A stretch of DNA of 64,000 nucleotides. It comes from Clostridia bacterium. Its GTDB lineage: Bacteria > Bacillota > Clostridia > Christensenellales > UBA1242. The stretch is from positions 19,090 to 83,089 of the forward strand of contig JAFVEA010000001.1 of assembly GCA_017478185.1 (NCBI GenBank), written 5' to 3'. The position numbers and the translations under genes were made by a program. Positions within the stretch are counted from its first letter, which is position 1. Every line of letters begins with the position of its first letter. Positions 18,278 through 27,260 of this stretch are shown in pieces. The notes beneath the pieces are model-generated. The model was not told the DNA's origin. It was given only the letters and a program-made list of their open reading frames with translations, and ran no database searches.

Positions 18278-19021
18278 ATGTGGGAATTTTGCGTTAAAGC
18301 TGGTTTAGAAAACAAAGATATAATAGTATTTTTACACAACACCCTAAAAGGCGAAATGTTAAGCGTGGGAGGGGTATGCGTTTTGGTGGAGAGAGCTGGG
18401 CAAACAAATTTGGCTCTTGCGTGCAATAAAACTGAATATAAAAAAATTGAAAATGTTGTTAAAAAAGCGCTTTGTGATGCGATATGCGAAAAAATGAAAT
18501 ATAAGTTTTTAAAAAACAACATAAACATTTTAATAGATAATGAAGAGCTGTTTTTGGCCTTTATAAAAGTTTATACATATTTTGATATAGAACTTGAAAA
18601 GCAGTTAACAATAAGGCTTTTTGATTTGTCTAAAAATATGGTTTTAGAAAGTTTTTTAAACTTTAAATTGCCTTTTTTAAAGGCAAAATGGAAAGAAATG
18701 TGCAACATAACCAATATGAATTCTGGAGTTTTTTTAAGAAGTGGCACTTTTTTGGAGCTATTAAAGTTTTTGATAGCAAATTTGGAGTGTAAAACTCAAA
18801 ATTTAATTATAGATTTTTCAGAAGGTTGCAAGATTTTTGAACAGAAAAAACAAGGCAAAAACATCATAAAATCTTTAAATAGTGATGATGTTGTTGAAAT
18901 TTTAACAAGCATTATAGAATTGTCACCACAAAAAATAAAGATAATAACAAAAGAAAAAAGTTCAGAAATAGTTTGCCTTATTTGTGATTTGTTTTTAGAT
19001 AGGGTGGAAATAATAAAATAA
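18278..19021 (+). CDS. Hypothetical protein in the position of sporulation protein YtxC
   Basis: 247-aa ORF with an AAGGAG SD, directly upstream of the infC leader. In Bacillus, ytxC lies upstream of thrS-infC. The call rests on position only. Confidence 0.35.
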   Translation: MWEFCVKAGLENKDIIVFLHNTLKGEMLSVGGVCVLVERAGQTNLALACNKTEYKKIENVVKKALCDAICEKMKYKFLKNNINILIDNEELFLAFIKVYTYFDIELEKQLTIRLFDLSKNMVLESFLNFKLPFLKAKWKEMCNITNMNSGVFLRSGTFLELLKFLIANLECKTQNLIIDFSEGCKIFEQKKQGKNIIKSLNSDDVVEILTSIIELSPQKIKIITKEKSSEIVCLICDLFLDRVEIIK

Positions 19022-19035
19022 TTTTCAAAAAACAC

Positions 19036-19196
19036 TTGCGTTTTTTATTATATTATGATATTATATAGGCATAACAAAAAAGAAGAAGGCTCACTTCTCA
19101 CCATTCAGGATTCCTAGATTGGTTAAAAATTTGAATTTATAGATAACATATTATCTATTTTTTGAAGTGAGTAAAGTTTTACTCACTTCTTTTTTG
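19036..19196 (+). promoter_or_regulatory. Promoter plus L20-type leader/attenuator of the infC-rpmI-rplT operon
   Basis: TTGCGT(19036-19041)-17 bp-TATTAT(19059-19064). The terminator hairpin GAAGTGAGTAAAGTTTTACTCACTTC (19164-19189) is followed by a T-run. An upstream CTCACTTC (19090-19097) can pair alternatively with GAAGTGAG (19164-19171). Confidence 0.6.
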
Positions 19197-19221
19197 TTAA
19201 AATAATTTTGGGAGGAATAAC

Positions 19222-19740
19222 ATTATCAAAGAATTATTGATTAACGAACAAATAACAGCAAGAGAAGTTCGATTGCTTGGAACAGAAAATGAACAATTAG
19301 GAATTTGTTCACTTAGTGAAGCAAAAAACAAAGCTAGTGAAATGGGACTGGATTTGGTTAACATTTCACCAAACGCAAACCCACCAGTTTGCAAAATTAT
19401 GAATTATGGAAAGTATAAATTCGAAGCACAGAAAAAAGAAAAAGAAGCCAAGAAAAAGCAGAAAGCAATTGACACCAAATGTATGGAACTTAGCATGAGA
19501 ATAGAAGAGCATGATATGCTTTTTAAAGCAAAACAAGTTAAAAAGTTTTTGCAATCTGGAGCAAAAGTAAAAGTTATCATAAAAGGTGTTCGTGGAAGGC
19601 TTGCTGGTTTTGCTCATCAAGGAATAGAGAATATGAACAGATTTTTTGAAATGGTGCAAGAAGAAGCTGTTATGGATCAAAAGCCAACATTAGCTGGAAC
19701 AATTATCACAATGATGCTTGATCCCAAAAATGCAAAATAA
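19222..19740 (+). CDS. infC: Translation initiation factor IF-3, with a probable AUU start
   Basis: INEQITAREVRLLG.. is the IF-3 N-domain. The in-frame ATT at 19222 lies 5 nt after GGGAGGA (19209-19216). The track start (TTG 19237) lacks an SD. Confidence 0.9.
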   Translation: MIKELLINEQITAREVRLLGTENEQLGICSLSEAKNKASEMGLDLVNISPNANPPVCKIMNYGKYKFEAQKKEKEAKKKQKAIDTKCMELSMRIEEHDMLFKAKQVKKFLQSGAKVKVIIKGVRGRLAGFAHQGIENMNRFFEMVQEEAVMDQKPTLAGTIITMMLDPKNAK

Positions 19741-19758
19741 ATTAAAGGAGAAATGATT

Positions 19759-19962
19759 ATGCCAAAAATGAAATCAAACAGTGCAGCAAAAAAGCGTTTT
19801 AGAGTTAACAAAAACGGCGTTGTTAAAAGAGGCTGCCAATACGCAGGTCACAAAATGACAAACAAAACAAGCAAAAGAAAAATGCGTTTAAGACAAGGAG
19901 AAACAGTTTCAAAAGCTGACGCTCCAAAGATAAAAGAAGCTTTGCAAGGAGGTAGCAGATAA
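19759..19962 (+). CDS. rpmI: 50S ribosomal protein L35
   Basis: [14 protein letters not shown].. Located between infC and rplT. Confidence 0.92.
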   Translation: MPKMKSNSAAKKRFRVNKNGVVKRGCQYAGHKMTNKTSKRKMRLRQGETVSKADAPKIKEALQGGSR

Positions 19963-20312
19963 TGAGGATAAAGAACGGAACACACGCAATTAAAAAGAGA
20001 AATGCAATACTTAAAAAAGCCAAAGGATATTTTGGAGCAAAAAGTAAGCAATTTAAGATAGCAAAACAACAAGTTATGAAGTCAGGCAATTATGCTTATG
20101 TTGGCAGAAAACTTGAAAAGAGAAATATGAGAAGATTGTGGATTGCTCGTATTAACGCTGCTTGCCGTCTTAACGACATAAATTATAGCAACTTTATGCA
20201 TGGTTTAAAGGTTTTAAACATAAACTTAAACAGAAAAGCATTGGCTGATATTGCAGTTAATGATGAAAAGGCTTTTGCTGAACTTGTTCAAAAAGTTAAA
20301 AGTAACAAATAA
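19962..20312 (+). CDS. rplT: 50S ribosomal protein L20
   Basis: ..[21 protein letters not shown].. with a TAATG overlap with rpmI. Confidence 0.95.
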   Translation: MRIKNGTHAIKKRNAILKKAKGYFGAKSKQFKIAKQQVMKSGNYAYVGRKLEKRNMRRLWIARINAACRLNDINYSNFMHGLKVLNINLNRKALADIAVNDEKAFAELVQKVKSNK

Positions 20313-20314
20313 TT

Positions 20315-21052
20315 ATGAAAGAAATAATAAGCAAAGATAACAAACTCATAAAAGAGTGGGCAAAACTAAAGCAAAAAAAGTTTGTTGACAAAACAGACTG
20401 TGTTTTGCTTGAGGGAATAACTTTAATAAATGAAGCTGAACAAAGAAATGTTAAATTTGAAGCTGTTTGCACAAATTTTCAAACAGATGAAGATTTTGGT
20501 TGCCCAACTTATTTTTTAAAAGAAAACGCCTTTAAGGTTTTAAGTGGAACAGAAAATTCACAAGGGATTATTGCTGTTGCAAAGATGCCAAAAAACAAAT
20601 TTTCTTTGCCAAAAGGGAATTTTTTGGTGCTTGACCAAATTAAGGACCCAGGTAATTTGGGAACAATAATAAGAACCGCTGTGGCTTGTGGATTTTGTGA
20701 AATTTATTGCTTAAATTGTGTGTCTTTTAGGAATGAAAAAGTTATTCGTTCAACAATGGGAACAATTTTTGATTGTAAAATTATGGATATAACACTAGAT
20801 GAGTTTAACAGTCTTTCAAAATATTTATTATACTCAGCAGAAATGAGTGGGAAAAGTGTTTTTGAAATAAAAAGCACTCCAAAACAGTTTGGAATTGTTG
20901 TTGGAAATGAAGCTCACGGGATTTCTGAAGAAGTTAAAAAAACAAAGTTGGAGGCGGTGAGTCTTCCAATGAAAAACAAGGTGGAGTCGCTAAATGCTGG
21001 AGTTGCTTGTGGCATTTTGATGTATATTCTGCTATCCAAACAAAAACAATAA
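20315..21052 (+). CDS. TrmH/SpoU family RNA 2'-O-methyltransferase
   Basis: SpoU motifs LDQIKDPGNLGTIIRTA, VVGNEAHGIS and SLNAGVACGI. Confidence 0.85.
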   Translation: MKEIISKDNKLIKEWAKLKQKKFVDKTDCVLLEGITLINEAEQRNVKFEAVCTNFQTDEDFGCPTYFLKENAFKVLSGTENSQGIIAVAKMPKNKFSLPKGNFLVLDQIKDPGNLGTIIRTAVACGFCEIYCLNCVSFRNEKVIRSTMGTIFDCKIMDITLDEFNSLSKYLLYSAEMSGKSVFEIKSTPKQFGIVVGNEAHGISEEVKKTKLEAVSLPMKNKVESLNAGVACGILMYILLSKQKQ

Positions 21053-21065
21053 AAGGGGAAATTTT

Positions 21066-21794
21066 ATGTCAGGTCATAGTAAGTGGGCAACAATCAAAAG
21101 AGATAAAGCCAAAACTGATGCTGCCCGTGGAAATGTGTTTACAAAAATCGGTCGTGAAATTGCAATTGCAGTTAAAAATGGAGGCCCAGACCCAGCAAAC
21201 AACCCTCGTCTTGCAACTGTTGTTGCAAAAGCTAGAGCAAACAATATGCCAAACGATAACATTCAAAGGTCAATCAAAAAAGCTTCAGGAGAGCTTGGGC
21301 AAGTGAATTATGAAGAACTTGTTTATGAAGGATATGGCCCAGGTGGTTCTGCTGTTATGTGTGATATAGTAACAGACAACAAAAACAGAACTTCATCTGA
21401 TATTCGCCATATTTTAGACAAAGCAGGTGGCTCACTTGCTGGTCCGGGTTCAGTTTCATATTTGTTTACAAGAAAAGCAGTTGTTGTGATTGAAGCTCAA
21501 AAAGATATGTCTGAAGATGACATAACAATGCTTGCCTTAGAGGCTGATGCCGATGATGTTTCAAATGATGGCGAAGGAATTTTCACAGTTTATGGGCAAG
21601 TTCCAAAGCTTCAACAAATAAAACAAACACTAGAAAAGTCTAATCTAAAGATTTTGAGTGCGGAGATTGAGCAAGTGCCAAACGACACAATAACTTTAGA
21701 CGATTCAAAATATGAATCATTTGAAAAAATGCTTGACAAGCTTGAAGAAAATGATGATGTTCAAAATGTTTATCACAATGTTGAATTAAAATAA
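21066..21794 (+). CDS. YebC/PmpR family DNA-binding transcriptional regulator
   Basis: MSGHSKWATIKRDKAKTDAARG.. is the hallmark N-terminus. Confidence 0.93.
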   Translation: MSGHSKWATIKRDKAKTDAARGNVFTKIGREIAIAVKNGGPDPANNPRLATVVAKARANNMPNDNIQRSIKKASGELGQVNYEELVYEGYGPGGSAVMCDIVTDNKNRTSSDIRHILDKAGGSLAGPGSVSYLFTRKAVVVIEAQKDMSEDDITMLALEADADDVSNDGEGIFTVYGQVPKLQQIKQTLEKSNLKILSAEIEQVPNDTITLDDSKYESFEKMLDKLEENDDVQNVYHNVELK

Positions 21795-21827
21795 AAAAAT
21801 AGTCTAATTTTTTAGACTATTTTTTTA
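21794..21827. terminator. Bidirectional rho-independent terminator
   Basis: ATAGTCTA / TAGACTAT stem flanked by A7 and T7 runs, between convergent genes. Confidence 0.75.
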
Positions 21828-21844
21828 TTTGCTATAAAACTTTG

Positions 21845-22045
21845 TTAAACTTGAACGCATAATATTTCATCTGTTGTAACATCAAAAATTTTTGCCATTT
21901 TTATAACAGATAAAACATCTGGGAGTGCTTTGTCTAACTCCCATAAAGAAACTGTATCTTGACTTAACCCAAGTTTTTCAGCAAGTTGTGTTTGGCTTAA
22001 TTTTTGCTCTTTTCTCAACATTCTTAAATTTTGTCCAATTGTCAT
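21845..22045 (-). CDS. XRE-family helix-turn-helix transcriptional regulator (66 aa)
   Basis: IGQNLRMLRKEQKLSQTQLAEKLGLSQDTVSLWE is a classic HTH_3. Confidence 0.85.
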   Translation of the reverse strand: MTIGQNLRMLRKEQKLSQTQLAEKLGLSQDTVSLWELDKALPDVLSVIKMAKIFDVTTDEILCVQV

Positions 22046-22051
22046 ATTCTT

Positions 22052-22107
22052 ATTATACGAAATTCTTTCGTTTTTTACTTGACATACGAAAAATTCTCGT
22101 ATATAAT
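22052..22107. promoter_or_regulatory. Divergent promoter region with two related operator-like palindromes
   Basis: Plus strand: TTGACA(22079-22084)-17 bp-TATAAT(22102-22107), with TACGAAAAATTCTCGTA (22085-22101) filling the spacer. Minus strand: TATAAT (complement of 22052-22057) lies 6 nt from the XRE ATG. ACGAAATTCTTTCGT (22057-22071) abuts it. Confidence 0.6.
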
Positions 22108-22133
22108 AATTTTATATAAAAGGAGCAAAAATT

Positions 22134-22736
22134 ATGTTAAAAATCTTAACAAAAAACTTAATAGCAATTACATCTATTATGTTTTTATTTGTGTTATGTT
22201 TTTCAGCTTGTGGTGATAATGTTGATAAATATTATAAAGGAGAGGATTACTTAAGTTTGAATGGTTATCAAAAACTTGTAACGATTACTGAACGTGAAGG
22301 TGAAAATACAGCGGGAATAAGTCAGTTAGTTTTAGAAAAAGGTGATGTAAACGAAAAAGCAAAAGTAGCAATTGGAACTATTGCGATGCAGAAATTATAT
22401 AACGATAACATTACTATTTCATATAATTCAATAACTAATACATCTATAATTCAAACAAGTTTAACAATAAAAGAAGACAATTCTTTATCAGTTACATATT
22501 ATAGAACGGAAGGTGTAGAAACCATTGTCTTAGGGACTGCAGAAATTTTAAATGCAAGTGAATTTAATGGTCAATCTAATTTAGAATTTTCAGTTTATGA
22601 ATATTATATGGATTATCAAGACGAAGCTAATGAACAAGGAACCATTGAACTTCATGAGATACTCAAAGCAATGAAATCAAAATTATTAAAATACAATTTT
22701 AATTTGGCAGATATTGGTTTTAGTAATTATAATTAA
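22134..22736 (+). CDS. Hypothetical lipoprotein
   Basis: Signal peptide with lipobox LCFSAC, an AAGGAG SD, and no recognisable domain. Confidence 0.6.
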   Translation: MLKILTKNLIAITSIMFLFVLCFSACGDNVDKYYKGEDYLSLNGYQKLVTITEREGENTAGISQLVLEKGDVNEKAKVAIGTIAMQKLYNDNITISYNSITNTSIIQTSLTIKEDNSLSVTYYRTEGVETIVLGTAEILNASEFNGQSNLEFSVYEYYMDYQDEANEQGTIELHEILKAMKSKLLKYNFNLADIGFSNYN

Positions 22737-22769
22737 AAATAAGTTATTTTAGTTTATATTTTTAAAATT

Positions 22770-22805
22770 AAAAAGAACACTATTTGATTTATAGTGTTCT
22801 TTTTG
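22770..22805. terminator. Bidirectional rho-independent terminator
   Basis: AAGAACACTAT / ATAGTGTTCTT stem with flanking A and T runs. Confidence 0.7.
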
Positions 22806-22835
22806 TGTTAATTAACTAGTTTTAAAAGATGATTT

Positions 22836-23696
22836 TTATTTGCTATGAAAAGTTATTCCAACAAATTTTGGGCCAACAATGCTTAATATGTTTAGTGACG
22901 ATGGGGTTATTTTAACTTCATTTTCACTAACATATTGCAAAAATTTATTCTTTAAATCAAGTGCTTCAAGTTCTGCATTTGCAAAAACAATGCTAAAAGT
23001 GAAGTCTGCAACATTTTCGCCATTGCCTTGAACAATAGAAAAAAGCTTGTTAACGCCAGACTTAAAGCCTCTTGCTTTGTCTAAAAGTTTGAAATTTCCT
23101 TCTCTGTCAATGCTGATTATGGGTTTAACGCCCAAAAGCCCGCCAGTTAAATCGCTTCCGCTTTGTTTTAAAATTGGGTTAGAAAACAAAAAGTTAACAT
23201 CGTCAACAACAAAAGCGGTAACAAATTGGCCAGATAGGGTGGTTGCAAATTTAACTGCTTTTTCTAAATCTTTTTCTTTGTTAAAAAGCGTTTGAGTTAA
23301 AACTGCAATGTTGCTTGTTCCACAACTAACTGTTTTTGTGTTCACAAGTTTTGCTTTTCTTCCGGGAAAATCCTGTTCAAGTTTTGTAAAAGCTGCCAAA
23401 AGGTCAGCACCACCATCACTAAAAAGCCTTAAAGAAATAGCAAAAAAAACAACATCTTCACCTTGTTTTAAATATTCAGCAAAAAATTCATACCACTCTT
23501 GCTCTGTTATGTGAACAATAGAGTATTTGTTGTTTTTTAAATCGTTAAGCTCTTTTTGCGTTGGGGGCTTGTTCCAACCTTTAAAATCAATAATATTTTT
23601 GCCAATTTTTAATTTGCTTGGAGCCAAAATCAAATTATTTTTCTCTAACTCAGCTCCAAACATATCAGCAAATGCATCAACAAAAAATTTAGCCAT
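22836..23696 (-). CDS. DegV family fatty-acid-binding protein
   Basis: 286 aa with DegV-like architecture and length (..VVFFAISLRLFSDGG.., ..TVSCGTSNIAV..). Confidence 0.75.
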   Translation of the reverse strand: MAKFFVDAFADMFGAELEKNNLILAPSKLKIGKNIIDFKGWNKPPTQKELNDLKNNKYSIVHITEQEWYEFFAEYLKQGEDVVFFAISLRLFSDGGADLLAAFTKLEQDFPGRKAKLVNTKTVSCGTSNIAVLTQTLFNKEKDLEKAVKFATTLSGQFVTAFVVDDVNFLFSNPILKQSGSDLTGGLLGVKPIISIDREGNFKLLDKARGFKSGVNKLFSIVQGNGENVADFTFSIVFANAELEALDLKNKFLQYVSENEVKITPSSLNILSIVGPKFVGITFHSK

Positions 23697-23770
23697 TTTT
23701 CACCTCAAAACTAGAATAACAATAAAAAATTATAAAGTCAACTAATTAGCTTATGTTTTAAATTAAATTT

Positions 23771-24292
23771 TTATTTATAAAACAAATTATAAACTTTTAA
23801 ATTTTTTTTAACCTTTTTTATATATTCATTTGTCTCTTTATAAGGGGTGGTTTTAAGATTTATGCCATCAGTGCTAAAATCTTTGTTGTTAAGCCAAATT
23901 TTAACTTTGTTTGGGCCAGCATTGTATGAAGCTATAACACATTCAAAGCTAGAAAATTGTGTTTTTAAATAAGCCAAATATTTGCATCCAACTTTTATAT
24001 TTGTGTTAACATCCTTTAAATTAACATCACCTTCAATCCATTTTGCTGTTTGTGGCATTATTTGCATAAGCCCAACAGCGCCAACGGGCGATATTGCTTC
24101 TTTTTTATAACCACTTTCAACATTTATAACGCTTGCAACAAGGGCGGGTGAGATATCATATTCTTTGGCATACTTTTTTATAATAGAAACATATTTTTGT
24201 GGGTATAAATCAAAAAATATAAAAACTGACAAAAAAATTATAAAAAATATTAGCACAAAAAAATAAGATATAATAAAAAACTTTTTGTTCAT
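23771..24292 (-). CDS. Lytic transglycosylase (SLT domain), membrane-anchored
   Basis: N-terminal TM, catalytic ES motif (VINVESGY), and AVGLMQIMPQTA. Confidence 0.85.
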   Translation of the reverse strand: MNKKFFIISYFFVLIFFIIFLSVFIFFDLYPQKYVSIIKKYAKEYDISPALVASVINVESGYKKEAISPVGAVGLMQIMPQTAKWIEGDVNLKDVNTNIKVGCKYLAYLKTQFSSFECVIASYNAGPNKVKIWLNNKDFSTDGINLKTTPYKETNEYIKKVKKNLKVYNLFYK

Positions 24293-24352
24293 AAAATTAT
24301 TATACGCTAAAATATTCTTTATTATTAAATATAAAAAAATTTAAAAAAATTG

Positions 24353-24381
24353 TTGACAAAAGCATAAAATTTTATTATAAT
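24353..24381 (+). promoter_or_regulatory. Consensus sigma-A promoter of the ylxM-ffh operon
   Basis: TTGACA(24353-24358)-17 bp-TATAAT(24376-24381). Confidence 0.7.
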
Positions 24382-24413
24382 AATGTCAAGTAATTTTACT
24401 TGTCGAGGTTGTT

Positions 24414-24743
24414 ATGAATTTAAAAGAAACTTTGTATGTATCAAGACTTTTTGATATTTATAAAAATCTTTTAACAAAAAAGCAATGGCAAATTGTTAAA
24501 AGTTATATTGATTATAATGGCTCCATAAGTGAAATTGCTGAACAGTTTAACATAACCCGTCAGGCAGTTTTTGATCTTTTAAAGCGAACAATAAAAAAAC
24601 TTGAAGAATATGAAAAAAAGTTGCAAATATCTAAAAAACTAGACAAAGTGTATAGCAAAATAAACAAAATATGTTTAGATAGTGGTTTGACAAAACAAAA
24701 GCAAGATATTATAATAAGAACAATAAAAAGTGTGGAGGAATAA
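24414..24743 (+). CDS. ylxM: YlxM (UPF0122) putative DNA-binding protein
   Basis: Sigma-70 region-4-like HTH (ISEIAEQFNITRQAVFDLLKR), directly upstream of ffh. Confidence 0.85.
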   Translation: MNLKETLYVSRLFDIYKNLLTKKQWQIVKSYIDYNGSISEIAEQFNITRQAVFDLLKRTIKKLEEYEKKLQISKKLDKVYSKINKICLDSGLTKQKQDIIIRTIKSVEE

Positions 24744-24745
24744 AT

Positions 24746-26062
24746 ATGGCACTATTTAGTGGTTTGTCAGAAAGACTTAATCATATTTTTTCAAAAATGA
24801 CAAAAAGAGGTCGCTTAACAGAACTTGAAATCAAAGAAGCGATGAGGGAAATTAGAGTTGCACTTTTGGAAGCTGATGTAAACTTTTTGGTTGCAAAAGA
24901 TTTCATAAAAGAGGTTTCTGAAAAAGCTGTTGGTGAAGAAATTATAAAAAGCGTAACACCAGGTCAGCAGGTTGTTAAAATTGTTAATGATGAACTCATA
25001 AAACTTATGGGAAGCACGCAGTCAAAGCTGGATTTATCAGGAACTCCACCAATTTCAATTATGATGTGTGGACTTCAAGGGGCAGGAAAAACAACAATGT
25101 GTGCAAAACTTGGGGCACACCTAAAAAGCCAAGGAAAAAGAGTTTTGCTTGTTGCTTGTGACATCTATAGACCAGCAGCAATAAATCAGCTTAAAGTTGT
25201 TGGAAAACAGGCAGGGGTTGAGGTGTTTGAAAAAGGAACTCAAAACCCAGTTAAAACAGCAAAACAAGCATTAGATTATGCAAAGAAAAATGACTTTAAT
25301 GTTGTTGTAATCGACACCGCTGGAAGGCTTCACATCAATGAAGAATTAATGAAAGAGCTTGAAGAAATCAAAAAAGAAATCAAGCCGTCAGAAATTTTGC
25401 TTACAATAGATGCAATGACTGGTCAAGATAGCGTAACGGTAGCCAAAGAATTTAATGAAAGACTAGACATATCTGGTGTTATTGTAACAAAACTTGATGG
25501 AGACACAAGAGGCGGTGTTGCATTATCTGTTAAGGCAGTGACAGGAAAACCTATAAAATTCTGTGGAACTGGTGAAAAAATTGGCGATATCGAGCCATTT
25601 TATCCCGACCGTATGGCTTCAAGAATTTTGGGTATGGGCGATGTTTTAACTTTGGTTGAAAAAGCAAAGCAAGCAGTGGATGAAAAAGAAATGGCAAAAA
25701 TGGAAAAGGCTTTGCGAGAAAATTCATTTACGCTTGAAGATTATCTTGCTCAATTTGACAATCTTAACAAAATGGGAGACATAAACGAGCTTATTGGAAT
25801 GATTCCGGGGGCGAGAAAAAAATTGGGCAACTTTACGGTTGACCCAAAAGAGCTTGCAAAAAGCAAAGCAATAATTCAGTCTATGACTCCAAAAGAGCGA
25901 AGAAATCCCGACCTCATAAAAGCAGGTCAAAAAAAGAGGATTGCTCAAGGGAGCGGAACAAGCATTCAGCAAGTTAACACGCTTTTAAAGCAGTTTTATC
26001 AATCAAAAGAAATGATGAAACAGTTTAAAGGAAAGAAAAAGGGTAAATTACCATTATTTTAA
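24746..26062 (+). CDS. ffh: Signal recognition particle protein Ffh
   Basis: GLQGAGKTT, DTAGR, TKLDGD, and a Met-rich M domain. Confidence 0.97.
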   Translation: MALFSGLSERLNHIFSKMTKRGRLTELEIKEAMREIRVALLEADVNFLVAKDFIKEVSEKAVGEEIIKSVTPGQQVVKIVNDELIKLMGSTQSKLDLSGTPPISIMMCGLQGAGKTTMCAKLGAHLKSQGKRVLLVACDIYRPAAINQLKVVGKQAGVEVFEKGTQNPVKTAKQALDYAKKNDFNVVVIDTAGRLHINEELMKELEEIKKEIKPSEILLTIDAMTGQDSVTVAKEFNERLDISGVIVTKLDGDTRGGVALSVKAVTGKPIKFCGTGEKIGDIEPFYPDRMASRILGMGDVLTLVEKAKQAVDEKEMAKMEKALRENSFTLEDYLAQFDNLNKMGDINELIGMIPGARKKLGNFTVDPKELAKSKAIIQSMTPKERRNPDLIKAGQKKRIAQGSGTSIQQVNTLLKQFYQSKEMMKQFKGKKKGKLPLF

Positions 26063-26104
26063 TGTAATTTAATATAAAAAATAAATTTTAAGGAGAAAAC
26101 AAAA

Positions 26105-26449
26105 ATGGCAGTAAAAATAAGATTAACAAGAATGGGAGATAAAAAAAGTCCTTTCTATCGTGTTGTTGTTGCAGATTCAAGATGTGCAAGAAATGGAAAG
26201 TATATTGAGAATTTGGGAACATACAACCCAATGGTTTCAAAAGACCAAACAAAATTAAACAAAGAAAGAATTGATTATTGGCTTAAAACAGGAGCAGAAC
26301 CAACAGAAACAGCAAAAGAACTTTTGGTTAAAGAGGGATTAATGGAAAAGAAAGCATATCGTGCTCCAAAGCCAAAGCAAATGCCACCTCAAAAGAAAGA
26401 AGCTCCACAAGAGGAAGCTAAAGAAGAAAACGCTGAACAAGCAGAGTAA
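26105..26449 (+). CDS. rpsP: 30S ribosomal protein S16 with a K/E/P-rich C-terminal extension
   Basis: [26 protein letters not shown].. About 30 extra C-terminal residues ([27 protein letters not shown]). Confidence 0.95.
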   Translation: MAVKIRLTRMGDKKSPFYRVVVADSRCARNGKYIENLGTYNPMVSKDQTKLNKERIDYWLKTGAEPTETAKELLVKEGLMEKKAYRAPKPKQMPPQKKEAPQEEAKEENAEQAE

Positions 26450-26475
26450 CAAAACTTTTAAAAAAGGAGAGGTGT

Positions 26476-26715
26476 ATGGAAAAAGTTGTGGAATATATTG
26501 TCCGTGCTTTGGTTGAAAATAAAGATGCTGTTAGCGTTAAAACCACCACAGAAAATGATTCAGTTGTTATAACTGTTTCTGTTTCAAAAGAAGAACTTGG
26601 GCGTGTTGTTGGTCGTGGCGGAAAAAATGCACAAGCAATTCGAACAATCATACATTCTCTTGCGGGCAAAGAAGGATTTTCAGATAAAAAGTATATAATA
26701 AAATTTGAAGGTTAA
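26476..26715 (+). CDS. KH-domain RNA-binding protein (YlqC family)
   Basis: GRVVGRGGKNAQAIRTI GXXG KH motif, between rpsP and rimM. Confidence 0.85.
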   Translation: MEKVVEYIVRALVENKDAVSVKTTTENDSVVITVSVSKEELGRVVGRGGKNAQAIRTIIHSLAGKEGFSDKKYIIKFEG

Positions 26716-26762
26716 AAGAGATGTATTTTTTACATCTTTTTTATCTTTTTTGTGAGGTAAAA

Positions 26763-27260
26763 ATGATTATAGCAAAAATATTAAAGCCACAAGGCATCAA
26801 AGGAGAGGTTAAAGCAGAACTTTATATTGAGGATTTAAAAAATTTTAAAAACATAAAGTCTGTTCATATTGAAGGAGTTCAATTCACAATAAAAAATTAT
26901 TCTTTTAGAGATGGTTTTTTATATCTTGAGTTTAATGAAATAACCAGCCGAAATGATGCTGAAAACTTAAGAGATAAAAAAATTTCAGTAGAAAAAGATG
27001 AGCTTTTGCCTCTAAGTGAAGGCAAATATTATGTGGATGATTTAATTGGCTGCAAAATAATTGATGAAGATAAAAATGAAATAGGCAAAATAAAAGATGT
27101 TAACAACTATGGTGCAACTGATATTTTAACCATAAGAGATGGCTCAGAAGAAATTTTATGCCCATTTTTGGGTGATGTTTTTGTGTCTGTTAATATCAAA
27201 GAAAAAACTATTGTTGTGAGCAGAAAAAGATTTTTGGAGGTAACTCAAAGTGAAGATTGA
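26763..27260 (+). CDS. rimM: 16S rRNA processing protein RimM
   Basis: IAKILKPQGIKGEVK.. and PRC barrel. Start MIIAK follows GAGGT. Confidence 0.85.
   Translation: MIIAKILKPQGIKGEVKAELYIEDLKNFKNIKSVHIEGVQFTIKNYSFRDGFLYLEFNEITSRNDAENLRDKKISVEKDELLPLSEGKYYVDDLIGCKIIDEDKNEIGKIKDVNNYGATDILTIRDGSEEILCPFLGDVFVSVNIKEKTIVVSRKRFLEVTQSED

Noticed and set aside
21007-21306. Alternative-frame and antisense ORFs inside yebC, with similar ones inside lepA, gatB, priA, ruvB, ftsK and others
   Set aside because: They are fully embedded in strongly supported conserved genes, have low-complexity or Cys/Leu-rich translations, and lack SDs. These are typical shadow ORFs.
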